NCBI GenBank assembly: GCA_963841735.1
Contig: CAWJDT010000001.1
Coordinates: forward strand, 1,504,001 to 1,568,000
Direction of reading: 5' to 3'
DNA length: 64,000 nucleotides
Origin: an uncultured Actinomycetes bacterium
GTDB taxonomy: Bacteria; Actinomycetota; Thermoleophilia; RBG-16-64-13
How positions within the stretch are numbered: the stretch's first letter is position 1; each line of letters starts with the position of its first letter. The position numbers were made by a program, and so were the translations under genes. This document shows, piece by piece, positions 21,646 to 29,918 of the stretch. The notes beneath the pieces are model-generated. The model was not told the DNA's origin. It did no database searches and worked only from the letters and a program-made list of their open reading frames with translations.

Positions 21646-22561
21646 TCACTCCAGCCCGAGCCCCGCCCGGATCCACCCGCCAGCCTCCCGCCCCCGCTCG
21701 TCCAGAGGCACCAGCTCCACCTCCGCTGCCGACGCTCGCTCCCACCCCCAGCTCCGCCGCCCGGCGAATCTGGTCCTGCTCGAAGACCGGCTTCTTCATC
21801 AGGCTCGACGCCCCGAACTCCCGCAGGAGCGCCACTCCCGCGGCATCCAGGGCCACCCGGTCGGCGCTCGCGAGCATGAGGCCCGGCTCGACCTCCGTCC
21901 CCTTGTCCGGTCCCCCGTCGACGAACGCCTTGGCCGCGTCCACGATCACGAAGTCCACGGGGTAGGAGGCGTTGATCTCGGCGATCATGAGCCGCTGGAA
22001 CGGAGAGCCATGGAGCTCATACATGTAATCGTAGAGACCGCCGGGCATCTTCTTGGCCACCAAGCCCACCGAGTTCTTGAGCGACATGGTGAAATGCCCC
22101 CCGAACCTGTGCGTCTTGAGGCAGCAGGTCTGGATGACGACGTCCGCCTCGAGCACCACCTTCGCCAGGTAGAAGCCCCTCAGCCAATGGGTGCCGCTCC
22201 GCTCGATGTGGACCCACCGCTCCTCGGGCTCCTCGTTCAGCACGACCACCTTGAAGCCCAGCTCCCCGGCGAGGGCGAAGATGCCCAGCTTCTCCAGGAC
22301 TTCGCGCGTATCGCCCATGCCGCTTCTCTCGGCCAGAGTGATCTCGCGCGCCCCGGCCTCCTTGAGGAGCTGGACGATGGCCCGGAGAGTGTCCGGGTGA
22401 GTGGAGGCCGGAAAGGCATCGGCGCTGTTGAAGTTGGCCTTGAGGGCCACGGTCTTGCCGGAGAGGTCGCCCAAGCCGCCATGCTCGAACAGGCTCCTGA
22501 CGGCCGCGTCTCTGTCCGAGGAGTCGATCAGAAAGACTGGGGAAGTGCCTTCGGGACTCAT
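21646..22561 (-). CDS. DUF362 family protein, with one extra base near 21735 shifting the last ~29 codons
   Basis: LKANFNS..STHP, CLKTHRFGGHFTMSLKNSVG, DRVALDAAG; the natural end SAAEVELVPLD..GLE* lies in another frame. Confidence 0.85.
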
Positions 22562-22702
22562 GGGATCTACGCTCCCTTCTTGCCACCGTGCGACGCCGAC
22601 AGCCAGAGGCCGTTCTGTGAATGGTGGTACCCGGGGCGGTGGCCGGGTAGTCACCGGGGGGGGCACGGGCAGCGGGTCACCGCAGGAGGGACGGGCCTAG
22701 GG

Positions 22703-22762
22703 CAAATCCTGGTGCTGTTGGGACGGGGCGGTGACCGGGCGCCGGGGGTGAGTCTAGGCGCG
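22703..22762 (+). repeat. Boundary repeat R, copy 2
   Basis: CAAATCCTGGTGCTGTTGGGACGGGG...GTGAGTCTAGG. Confidence 0.8.
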
Positions 22763-22873
22763 GGGTGGGCGGGATACATATGAACGGCACCGTCTCGTCG
22801 TCATCATGTGGCATGTTCTTTGTCGAGAGTGTGGTGTGCACAGCAGGTGCGGCCGCGCCGGCCGACAAAACGC

Positions 22874-22908
22874 TTGCTATGACTGTCTGAAACGGTCATA
22901 ATGACCGT
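22874..22908 (+). promoter_or_regulatory. Promoter with palindromic operator over the -10 box
   Basis: TTGCTA-17-CATAAT; perfect inverted repeat ACGGTCAT-A-ATGACCGT at 22892-22908. Confidence 0.7.
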
Positions 22909-22932
22909 GTCACGTGGTCATCGGAGGGAGTT

Positions 22933-23544
22933 ATGTTCGACACGGGCGATACCATAAGGGAGGCTTTCTCCCTCCTCGGCGCCGCACTTGAGTCGCGCGA
23001 GTCCGGGCCCTACGAGATCGTGGTGGTCGGAGGCGCGGCATTGAGTGTCATCGGGGTTGGGGTCCGGGCCACGAAGGACATTGATGTCTTGGCACTGCGC
23101 AGTCATTCCCCAGGTTCACCAGCAACCGGACTCTTCAAGCACAAGCCGCTGCCCAGTGCGTTGCTGGAGGCAGCGGAGGCTGTCGAGCATGCGTTGGGCT
23201 TGGACCATGATTGGCTGAATGCAGGCCCGGCCGACTTGCTTGACCAGGGGATGCCCGAAGGCTTCGAGAGCCGGCTGACCTCGCAGCGCTACGGCTCGCA
23301 TCTCACCGTGTGGTTCCCGTCACGGGAGGATCTCATCTGTCTCAAGACCTACGCGGCGGCTGATACTGGCATCGGTCGTCACACTGAGGATCTGCGGGCT
23401 CTGGGGGCATCGTGCGATGAACTTCTGGTTGGGGCGCTCTGGGCTCGTTCCCAAGACCCCTCCGAGGCCTTTCGAGAGATGTTGACCGGTCTTCTGCGCC
23501 ACTTCAACTGTGACGAGGCCGCCAAGGAGATCGCAGGTGAATAG
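22933..23544 (+). CDS. Nucleotidyltransferase, DUF6036/AbiEii-like
   Basis: VVVGGAAL..RATKDIDVL, DWLNAG, DLICLK..RHTEDL. Confidence 0.8.
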   Translation: MFDTGDTIREAFSLLGAALESRESGPYEIVVVGGAALSVIGVGVRATKDIDVLALRSHSPGSPATGLFKHKPLPSALLEAAEAVEHALGLDHDWLNAGPADLLDQGMPEGFESRLTSQRYGSHLTVWFPSREDLICLKTYAAADTGIGRHTEDLRALGASCDELLVGALWARSQDPSEAFREMLTGLLRHFNCDEAAKEIAGE

Positions 23545-24553
23545 CATCACTTTGATTCAAGAGAATCTGCGTGACAGGGTACTTGATCTTGCGTGGCGGC
23601 AGTGGAGTTCCATAGGGCTCGCTGGGACGAGAGAGGTGTCTCGGACCCTCGTCGACCCCGAAGCACTGCTGGTTGCGTCAATGACTCTGGGGCGTCGCGA
23701 CGCGCGCCTGTTCGATGAGATCCTAGATTGGCTCGTCAAGAATGCATCGCTTCTGGACCTTGCGCGGCTGCGCAGAATCGCCCGCCGGGCTACCTGTGAG
23801 GAGCGAAGACTGCTGACTGCCGCGACGCACTATGCGGCAGAAAGCGGAGGCGCGGCCAACCTTGCCCGGCTTCTTGATGGCCTAGACGCTCAGGCCGGTG
23901 AGCGCGAGATAGGCGAAGAACCTTTGTTTCTGTCCGAGGGAGAACCTGGGAGAAGCTGGACTGAGCCTGATGCGGCATTTGCCGCCATGGGCTTCTTGCG
24001 TTCCCGGGTAGAGCTGCGGGGGATGTCCACGAAACCTCATTTCTCCAATCCTGCCTGCCTGCGTTTCAAGGCGCGTGCTCTCGCGGGTCAGGGGTCCCGG
24101 GCCGAAGTGCTCACCTACCTGCTCACCCACGACTGGACTCACGGCAGACTCATCGCCGAGAGGATCGCCTACGGACAGGCGCCGGTCGCGGCCTATCTCT
24201 CCTCCCTTCAAGAGGCAGGCTTGGCCGATCGCCGAGAAGAAGGTAAGAAGGCGCTGTACCGGCTGGCCGGGGGATTGCGGGCCGGCTTCCCCGACCTGCC
24301 GTTATTTGTAGACTGGGTCCAGCTTTGGTCCACGCTTGTGACCATACTGACGGATCTGGAGCATGCTGAGGCGCCCGAGCAAGTGGTATGGATGCGACTC
24401 GCCGAATCGCTAGAGAAGCACCGCTCCGGACTTCGAGCCGAAGGGTTTGAAGTAGAGGTCGGCGAGCTACGTGGTTGGGCTCGGCAGGGTCCGGAAGTCC
24501 TTGCGTCGGCTGTGGAAAGACTGACGGCCAAGGTGGCGGATCTTGCCGAGTAG
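23537..24553 (+). CDS. Winged-HTH-containing protein, probable partner (antitoxin) of the nucleotidyltransferase
   Basis: GTG overlaps the upstream gene end; AWRQWSSIG..DPEALL..RLFDEILDWL N-domain, ArsR-like wHTH near RAEVLTYLL..YRL. Confidence 0.7.
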   Translation: MNSITLIQENLRDRVLDLAWRQWSSIGLAGTREVSRTLVDPEALLVASMTLGRRDARLFDEILDWLVKNASLLDLARLRRIARRATCEERRLLTAATHYAAESGGAANLARLLDGLDAQAGEREIGEEPLFLSEGEPGRSWTEPDAAFAAMGFLRSRVELRGMSTKPHFSNPACLRFKARALAGQGSRAEVLTYLLTHDWTHGRLIAERIAYGQAPVAAYLSSLQEAGLADRREEGKKALYRLAGGLRAGFPDLPLFVDWVQLWSTLVTILTDLEHAEAPEQVVWMRLAESLEKHRSGLRAEGFEVEVGELRGWARQGPEVLASAVERLTAKVADLAE

Positions 24554-24614
24554 CAGCGTCGGGGTGCCGCCCTTCGCTTGATGCCGGCTTGGCGCCGGGT
24601 ACACCGCTTCGGTT

Positions 24615-24760
24615 TTCAAGGGGCCCGCGGATCGCGTCGACCGCACACGGAGTCTACGCCGAGCCGTCGCATGCGGCCCTAGGTCCTTGGTTTGACCTTG
24701 GCGCACTGCACGAGGCCTGTTCGCGATCCAGAAGGTCGATTGGAGGGTCGGAGCCTCAAG
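24615..24760. repeat. Foldback element family F2, copy 2 (diverged)
   Basis: Shares GACCGCAC, CTACGCCG, TTGGCGC, TCCAGA.GGTC, GGAGGGT.GG.GCCTCAA with 21325-21486. Confidence 0.45.
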
Positions 24761-24788
24761 GCCGCCAGACGGCGCGACCGCCCGAGAG

Positions 24789-25160
24789 GGTGCCGCTCCG
24801 CTCGATGTGGACCCACCGCTCCGCGGGCTCCTCGTTCAGCACGACCACCTTGAAGCCCAGCTCCCCGGCGAGGGCGAAGATGCCCAGCTTCTCCAGGACT
24901 TCGCGCGTATCGCCCATGCCGCTTCTTTCGGCCAGAGTGATCTCACGCGCCCCGGCCTCCTTGAGCAGCGTCACGATGGCCTGGAGACTGTCCGGGTGAG
25001 TGGAGGCCGGAAAGGCATCGGCGCTGTTGAAGTTGGCCTTGAGGGCCACGGTCTTCCCGGAGAGGCCGCCCAAGCCGGCCTTCTCGAACAGGCTCCTGAC
25101 GGCCGCGTCCCTGTCCGAGGAGTCGATCAGAAAGACCTGGGAAGTGCCTTCGGGACTCAT
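24789..25160 (-). pseudogene. Truncated duplicate of the DUF362 gene (5' ~40%)
   Basis: Near-identical to 22190-22561; breaks off after ERSGT; upstream region is duplicated too. Confidence 0.9.
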
Positions 25161-25300
25161 GGGACCTCGCTCCCTTCATGCGACCGTGCGGCACCGGCGG
25201 CCAGAGGCCGTTCTGTGGATGGTGGTACCCGGTGCGGTGGCAGGGTAGTCACGGGGGCGAGGCGGCCGGCGGCCCGTCGCAGGGCGTACGGAGCCAAGGG

Positions 25301-25360
25301 CAAATCCTGGTGCTGTTGGGACGGGGCCGTGAGCGCGCGCCGGGGGTGAGTCTTGGCGCC
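25301..25360 (+). repeat. Boundary repeat R, copy 3
   Basis: CAAATCCTGGTGCTGTTGGGACGGGG...GTGAGTCTTGG. Confidence 0.8.
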
Positions 25361-25434
25361 AGCCTCTCGGGAAACCACGAGGGAGCGCCTTCTCCCCTTC
25401 TCTAGGGCGCCGGTGGCGATTCGCCAGGCTGAGT

Positions 25435-25851
25435 TCAGTGAATCTCGTGAAGCGTTTCGCAGATCCGGTCTAGCGATGCGGATATCCTTGTTGGGGTGCA
25501 CTCGCAGGCCCAGAGCATGACCACGGTCCATCCGGCTGCTCTCAACCTGGCATCGTTGTCCCGGTCCCTCGCAATGTTCGCCGCGATCTTGGGCGCCCAG
25601 TAGTCCTCCCGAGATTTTGGAATGTGGCCGTCGTAGCACGTGTGCCCATGCCAGAAGCAGCCGCGGACCTGAACGGCCGTCTTGTACTTCGGGAAGACCA
25701 GATCAGGCTTTCCAGGAAGATCTGCGACGTGCAATCTGTATCTAAGACCCCTGGCAAAAAGACCTCGTCGGACAGCCATCTCCGGTACCGTGTCTTTGGA
25801 GCGTATCGCTCTCATTACCTCAGATCGCTTCTTCTGCGAGAAGACGTCCAT
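25435..25851 (-). CDS. vsr: Very-short-patch repair endonuclease
   Basis: MDVFS..RSEVMRAIRSKDTVPE, LPGKPDLVF, GCFWHGH, WAPKIAANIARD, WACE. Confidence 0.92.
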   Translation of the reverse strand: MDVFSQKKRSEVMRAIRSKDTVPEMAVRRGLFARGLRYRLHVADLPGKPDLVFPKYKTAVQVRGCFWHGHTCYDGHIPKSREDYWAPKIAANIARDRDNDARLRAAGWTVVMLWACECTPTRISASLDRICETLHEIH

Positions 25852-25855
25852 GTGG

Positions 25856-27010
25856 CTAGAGCCCGAGGGCCCGCCGGATCGCGCAGGCGAGATGCCAGGC
25901 CAAACGGGGAGGGACGGCATCACTCACAAGACGGATTTGGGCACTCATGTTGCCTGTCAAGCGGTAGTGTTCCGGGAAGGACTGCAGACGCATGGCCTCA
26001 TAGATGCTGAGGCGTCGCTGGCCGCTGGGATGTACGTGCACTTCTCTGTGGCCGTATGCAACCGTCCAGCTTGGCCTATCCCAGGCGAGTGTTCGGAAGC
26101 TTCTACCCCACGCTTGACCTTCGACCAACGAATCTTTCGACGCGAATTTGGAGGACCTTGGCACCAGGCACCAGTGGTTTGGGTGAATCGGAAACGTTTC
26201 CGGGTCAAGGCCTGGGGCATTGAGGCGAGGCTCCGGCAGACCGCCGATTGCGTCGCGAACCGTACGGGTGGTGTGCTCTGGCTCAGGCCACTGGAAGTCC
26301 GCGGTGGGGTGCAACTCCTTATTGACCCCCACTATCAGGATTCTCGGTCTCTCCTGGGCGACCCCGTAGTCCGCGGCGTTCAGAAGCCTGTCTTTGACTT
26401 CGAAACCGGCGTCGGCGAACAATTCCTTGAAGCGCTCATATCGCGCGGCATGCTTCCTGCCTAAGAGCCCCGCGACGTTCTCAAAGACGAAGAACGAGAT
26501 CGGACGTCTTCGATTCAGCGCGGTCAGGAGTGCCGCGTAAGCTTCGGGCAGACTGTGTCGGGGATCGTCGTCGCGCTGATGAACATTTGAGACGCTGAAG
26601 CCTTGGCACGGAGGCCCGCCCAGGACGCCAACTGGCTCCATGCGGCGCCCTAGCAGCTCGTCCAGATCTTGCACAGCTAGGTCACTGATGTCTCGCCTCC
26701 ACGCCTTCGCTCCGGGATGGTTGAGAAGAAAAGTGTTGATCGCCTCTTGCTCAACGTCTAAGGCAAGTGCCGTGGAGAATCCTGCCTGTCGGAATCCCTC
26801 ATCCAGTCCGCCCGCGCCGCAAAACAGGCTGAGCACCTTCAGAGATCCGTCTGCATTCGCTACCCGTGGGAATGAATAATCTTGCGCGGCTCGAAGGAGC
26901 TCCATTCTTGCCCAAGCAGCAGTGGTGAGTCCGCGTGTTGCGGCGACTCCATCGAGAAGCTGCTTCTCCTCCTCGTCTGCGCGAATCATAATCTTGTGAT
27001 CTCTGGCCAC
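25856..27010 (-). CDS. DNA (cytosine-5) methyltransferase with N-terminal ribbon-helix-helix-like extension
   Basis: LFCGAGG, GGPPCQGFS, FENVAGL, QERPR, RLQSFP motifs; first ~45 aa look RHH-like. Confidence 0.93.
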   Translation of the reverse strand: MARDHKIMIRADEEEKQLLDGVAATRGLTTAAWARMELLRAAQDYSFPRVANADGSLKVLSLFCGAGGLDEGFRQAGFSTALALDVEQEAINTFLLNHPGAKAWRRDISDLAVQDLDELLGRRMEPVGVLGGPPCQGFSVSNVHQRDDDPRHSLPEAYAALLTALNRRRPISFFVFENVAGLLGRKHAARYERFKELFADAGFEVKDRLLNAADYGVAQERPRILIVGVNKELHPTADFQWPEPEHTTRTVRDAIGGLPEPRLNAPGLDPETFPIHPNHWCLVPRSSKFASKDSLVEGQAWGRSFRTLAWDRPSWTVAYGHREVHVHPSGQRRLSIYEAMRLQSFPEHYRLTGNMSAQIRLVSDAVPPRLAWHLACAIRRALGL

Positions 27011-27148
27011 CTTGGCTCGCTTTCAGGCTGGCGTATAGCATTGCTACCCGGCTCGCCATCACCATACAAGCCAGCTCAACACTGGTCAAGCGGTCTCCGC
27101 CGTAGTTTGATAGGGTGTTAGACACTCGGGTTGAGGGAAAGGCTAGCC

Positions 27149-27946
27149 ATGCAGGGGAAACACCCAGGCAGCGCCGCAGAGAGTATTCTTGCTGTCCTGC
27201 GAGACTACCCTGAGGGGCTGGACATACACCAGATCATGGACTTGTGCCCTGAAGAGGGGAACCAGGCTCATTTCACCCGGCGGCTCCGAGAGCTCTATCC
27301 CTTCCACAGAATAGCCCGGTCCCATGAAGGTCGTCGGTTTGTGTACCGGTACCTGGGGCCAAAAGCGGAGAATGAATGGGACCGGGGAGAGATCTCGGCC
27401 CGAGTCCGGGCGCAGGTTCTTCACCAGGCGGGCGGCAAGTGCCGGATGTGTGGCCGGAGTATTGCTGATGACGGCGTCAAGCTAGTTGTCGACCACAAGA
27501 TTCCGAGATCCTGGGGCGGGCTGGGCGTGGCCGATAATCTTTGGGGTATTTGTGAGGAGTGCAACGCCGGTAAGAAGAACTACTTTGCCAGCTATGACTC
27601 CCTCACAATGAAGACGGTGCTGGCCATACCGTCGGTTCACGAGCGGATTCTTCTGCTGTTGGCTCTCCAGCAAGGGGCTTGGGTAAGCAGCGATCTCATC
27701 GAGTTTGTTGCGAATTTCGACGACTGGCAACAAGACTGGCAGAAACGTCTGAGGGAACTACGCTATTTCGGGCTTGATATCGCTTCGAAGAGGCATAAGG
27801 TCGGAAAGCGTTTCGTGTCGATGTATAGGCTAGATGAGCTGGTTGACAAGCTCCCGCCAGATCTGTCTCATGCCGCTCGCGAGTATGAGCGTACTCGAGC
27901 GGCTATCAACGCACTGGGGGGAGCGGAGGATGGCGGGGCCGGATAG
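27149..27946 (+). CDS. HNH endonuclease flanked by two wHTH-like domains (putative restriction nuclease)
   Basis: CRMCG..LVVDHKIP..NLWGICEECNAGK; RRLRELY and KRLRELR repeats; divergent from the methyltransferase. Confidence 0.85.
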   Translation: MQGKHPGSAAESILAVLRDYPEGLDIHQIMDLCPEEGNQAHFTRRLRELYPFHRIARSHEGRRFVYRYLGPKAENEWDRGEISARVRAQVLHQAGGKCRMCGRSIADDGVKLVVDHKIPRSWGGLGVADNLWGICEECNAGKKNYFASYDSLTMKTVLAIPSVHERILLLLALQQGAWVSSDLIEFVANFDDWQQDWQKRLRELRYFGLDIASKRHKVGKRFVSMYRLDELVDKLPPDLSHAAREYERTRAAINALGGAEDGGAG

Positions 27947-28608
27947 GACCTCGGGCGGTCGCAGCCCTGCATCTGGCCCGACGGCCACGAGCGAAGGTTC
28001 GTGTCGGCTTACCAATCTGGCGAAGTTGTCAGGCAGAGAGAAACCCTCTACGCGCGTGGTTTCCGCGCGCGCGGGTGCGGGGCGCGATAGGGTTGGCCCT
28101 TGTGTGGAGCAACGCCAGAGTCGTCGAGCAATGACCATGGCGGCATTCTGGCTCCTCGGCTTGCTGAGTGGCCAATGTCGAGCAGAGCGGCGAATCTCTG
28201 CCTGGCCCGGGGAGGACAGGCATCAACTCAGATACTTCGACGCTCCTGAGTCACCGGGGAAACTTGGGCCCATCTACCATGCCCCTCTTGCGTAGCTCAC
28301 GGCCCCGATGATACAAAAGCGACAAGTCATGTTTGTGGGTGGTCATAAGCGGGTGGGGATCCGAGCGGGAGGCATATTGGGGGGATCGCGAGAAGGGAAG
28401 TCCAGCAGGGCTTTGGCCGATGTCGGCTGCTGCCATCAGCACCGCTGAGCGGCTCCGAGCCCGCAGGCCGAGCGGATGACAGCTCCGGACGGCTCCGAGA
28501 AGAGACGCAGACCCTTGTGCTGTCCCTTCTGGCAATGGTGGTAGCCTCGAACCATGCCGATTGCGCCATGCGGGATGGCTCAGGACTAGATTACTGGATG
28601 CCTAGCAG

Positions 28609-29901
28609 ATGGTTGCCCAGTTGTCGTTCATAGGAAGGTTGTCCATGCTGAACGAAGATGAGCCCCTCAGTGACTTGGCCGGATGGTCCGCGCTTACCGA
28701 ATTGGAGCGTGGGCAGTTGATGCAGCGTGTCGTAAGCCAGTTCGGTCAAACCAATGATCCCGCCGCCACCGCCGCGCTTGCGATCGCTCTGGCGGGCTCT
28801 GGAGACCATTGGCGCTGGCCCACCGAATGGGTAACGAGTGATGTGCCCTCGACTGGAGGGGCGGGCTCTCTAGTCACGCTGGTCTGCCCGCCCATCCTTG
28901 CCTCCTGCGGAGCCAAAGTACCGAAGCTAGGTGTCCCAGGTGCCACCGCGGGCGCCCTCGATGTTCTGGCCCTTCTCGGAGGCTACCGTGTTGAATTGAC
29001 CTATGGGGAAGCCAGGCTGGCGCTGGAGGACTCCGGCGTCGTAAACTGCGCAGGGACAGATGCACTCTGTCCCGCCGATCGGGACCTTTTCAGGTACAGG
29101 GTGCAGGTTGGTATGAAGTCATCCCCGTCTCTCGTGGCGGCTAGTCTTCTGTCTAAGAAGCTTGCCGTTGGATGTCTCTCCGCCGCCCTAGAGGTTCGCT
29201 GCGGCATGTCCGGCAATGTGGGGCATGGACTTTCGTCTTGCCTAGAGTTTGCAGACCTGTTTCGCTCCTCCGCCAGGCTTGTGGGAGTCAAATGCGGCTG
29301 CGTTATAACGCGGACTGACCCTCCCGCAACTCCGCTCTTTGGGAGACTCGAGAGTCTTCAAGGAGCCGTGAGTCTACTGCGGGGTGATACCACTGACGAG
29401 TGGAATTCGGCTCACGCTGACAATTGCCTGATGTGCTCTGCGGTTGCGCTGCTTGCCGCAGGTCTCGCAGATTCTCAGCGCGAAGCGAATCTGCGCGTGC
29501 GGGAGGCCTATGAATCCGGACGAGCGTACGACACGTTTCTGAGGAACTTGAGGATCCAAGGTTCATCCGAAAAGGAGCTTGGCGCATACCTCAATGCACC
29601 GGTCCGGCATGTTGAGATCGCCGCTTCTTGCGCTGGCTACGCGCATTACTCTGCGATTGTTCTTCGAGAGATGTTGACAAGGGCCAACGGAGTGCACGTC
29701 GATGCCTTCGGACTCCGGGCTGTTGTGATGCCAGATCAGTGGGTGGAGAATGGCGATATCCTGGCGCGGATGCGATATCGGCCGGAGGCATCCTCGACCG
29801 AGGTCGAATCGGCCGTCGACCGGCTCCGACGTTCAATGCTTGTCATGCCTGAGCCAGCCGGGGTCGAAGAAAAATATAGCGCCGTCGTGGTGCGGCCCTA
29901 G
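28609..29901 (+). CDS. Divergent thymidine/pyrimidine-nucleoside phosphorylase-like protein (glycosyltransferase family 3 fold)
   Basis: DVPSTGGAG (cf. DKHSTGGVG), LCPADRDLFRYR (cf. LAPADKxLYAxR), LVAASLLSKKLAVG (cf. LIxxSIxSKKLA), C-terminal DQWVENGDILA hybrid motif. Confidence 0.8.
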   Translation: MVAQLSFIGRLSMLNEDEPLSDLAGWSALTELERGQLMQRVVSQFGQTNDPAATAALAIALAGSGDHWRWPTEWVTSDVPSTGGAGSLVTLVCPPILASCGAKVPKLGVPGATAGALDVLALLGGYRVELTYGEARLALEDSGVVNCAGTDALCPADRDLFRYRVQVGMKSSPSLVAASLLSKKLAVGCLSAALEVRCGMSGNVGHGLSSCLEFADLFRSSARLVGVKCGCVITRTDPPATPLFGRLESLQGAVSLLRGDTTDEWNSAHADNCLMCSAVALLAAGLADSQREANLRVREAYESGRAYDTFLRNLRIQGSSEKELGAYLNAPVRHVEIAASCAGYAHYSAIVLREMLTRANGVHVDAFGLRAVVMPDQWVENGDILARMRYRPEASSTEVESAVDRLRRSMLVMPEPAGVEEKYSAVVVRP

Positions 29902-29918
29902 GATAGGGGGTACGGGTA

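Noticed and set aside
27950-28600. Short ORFs between the HNH gene and the phosphorylase
   Set aside because: No recognisable motifs or RBS; cannot support a third gene for the candidate system.
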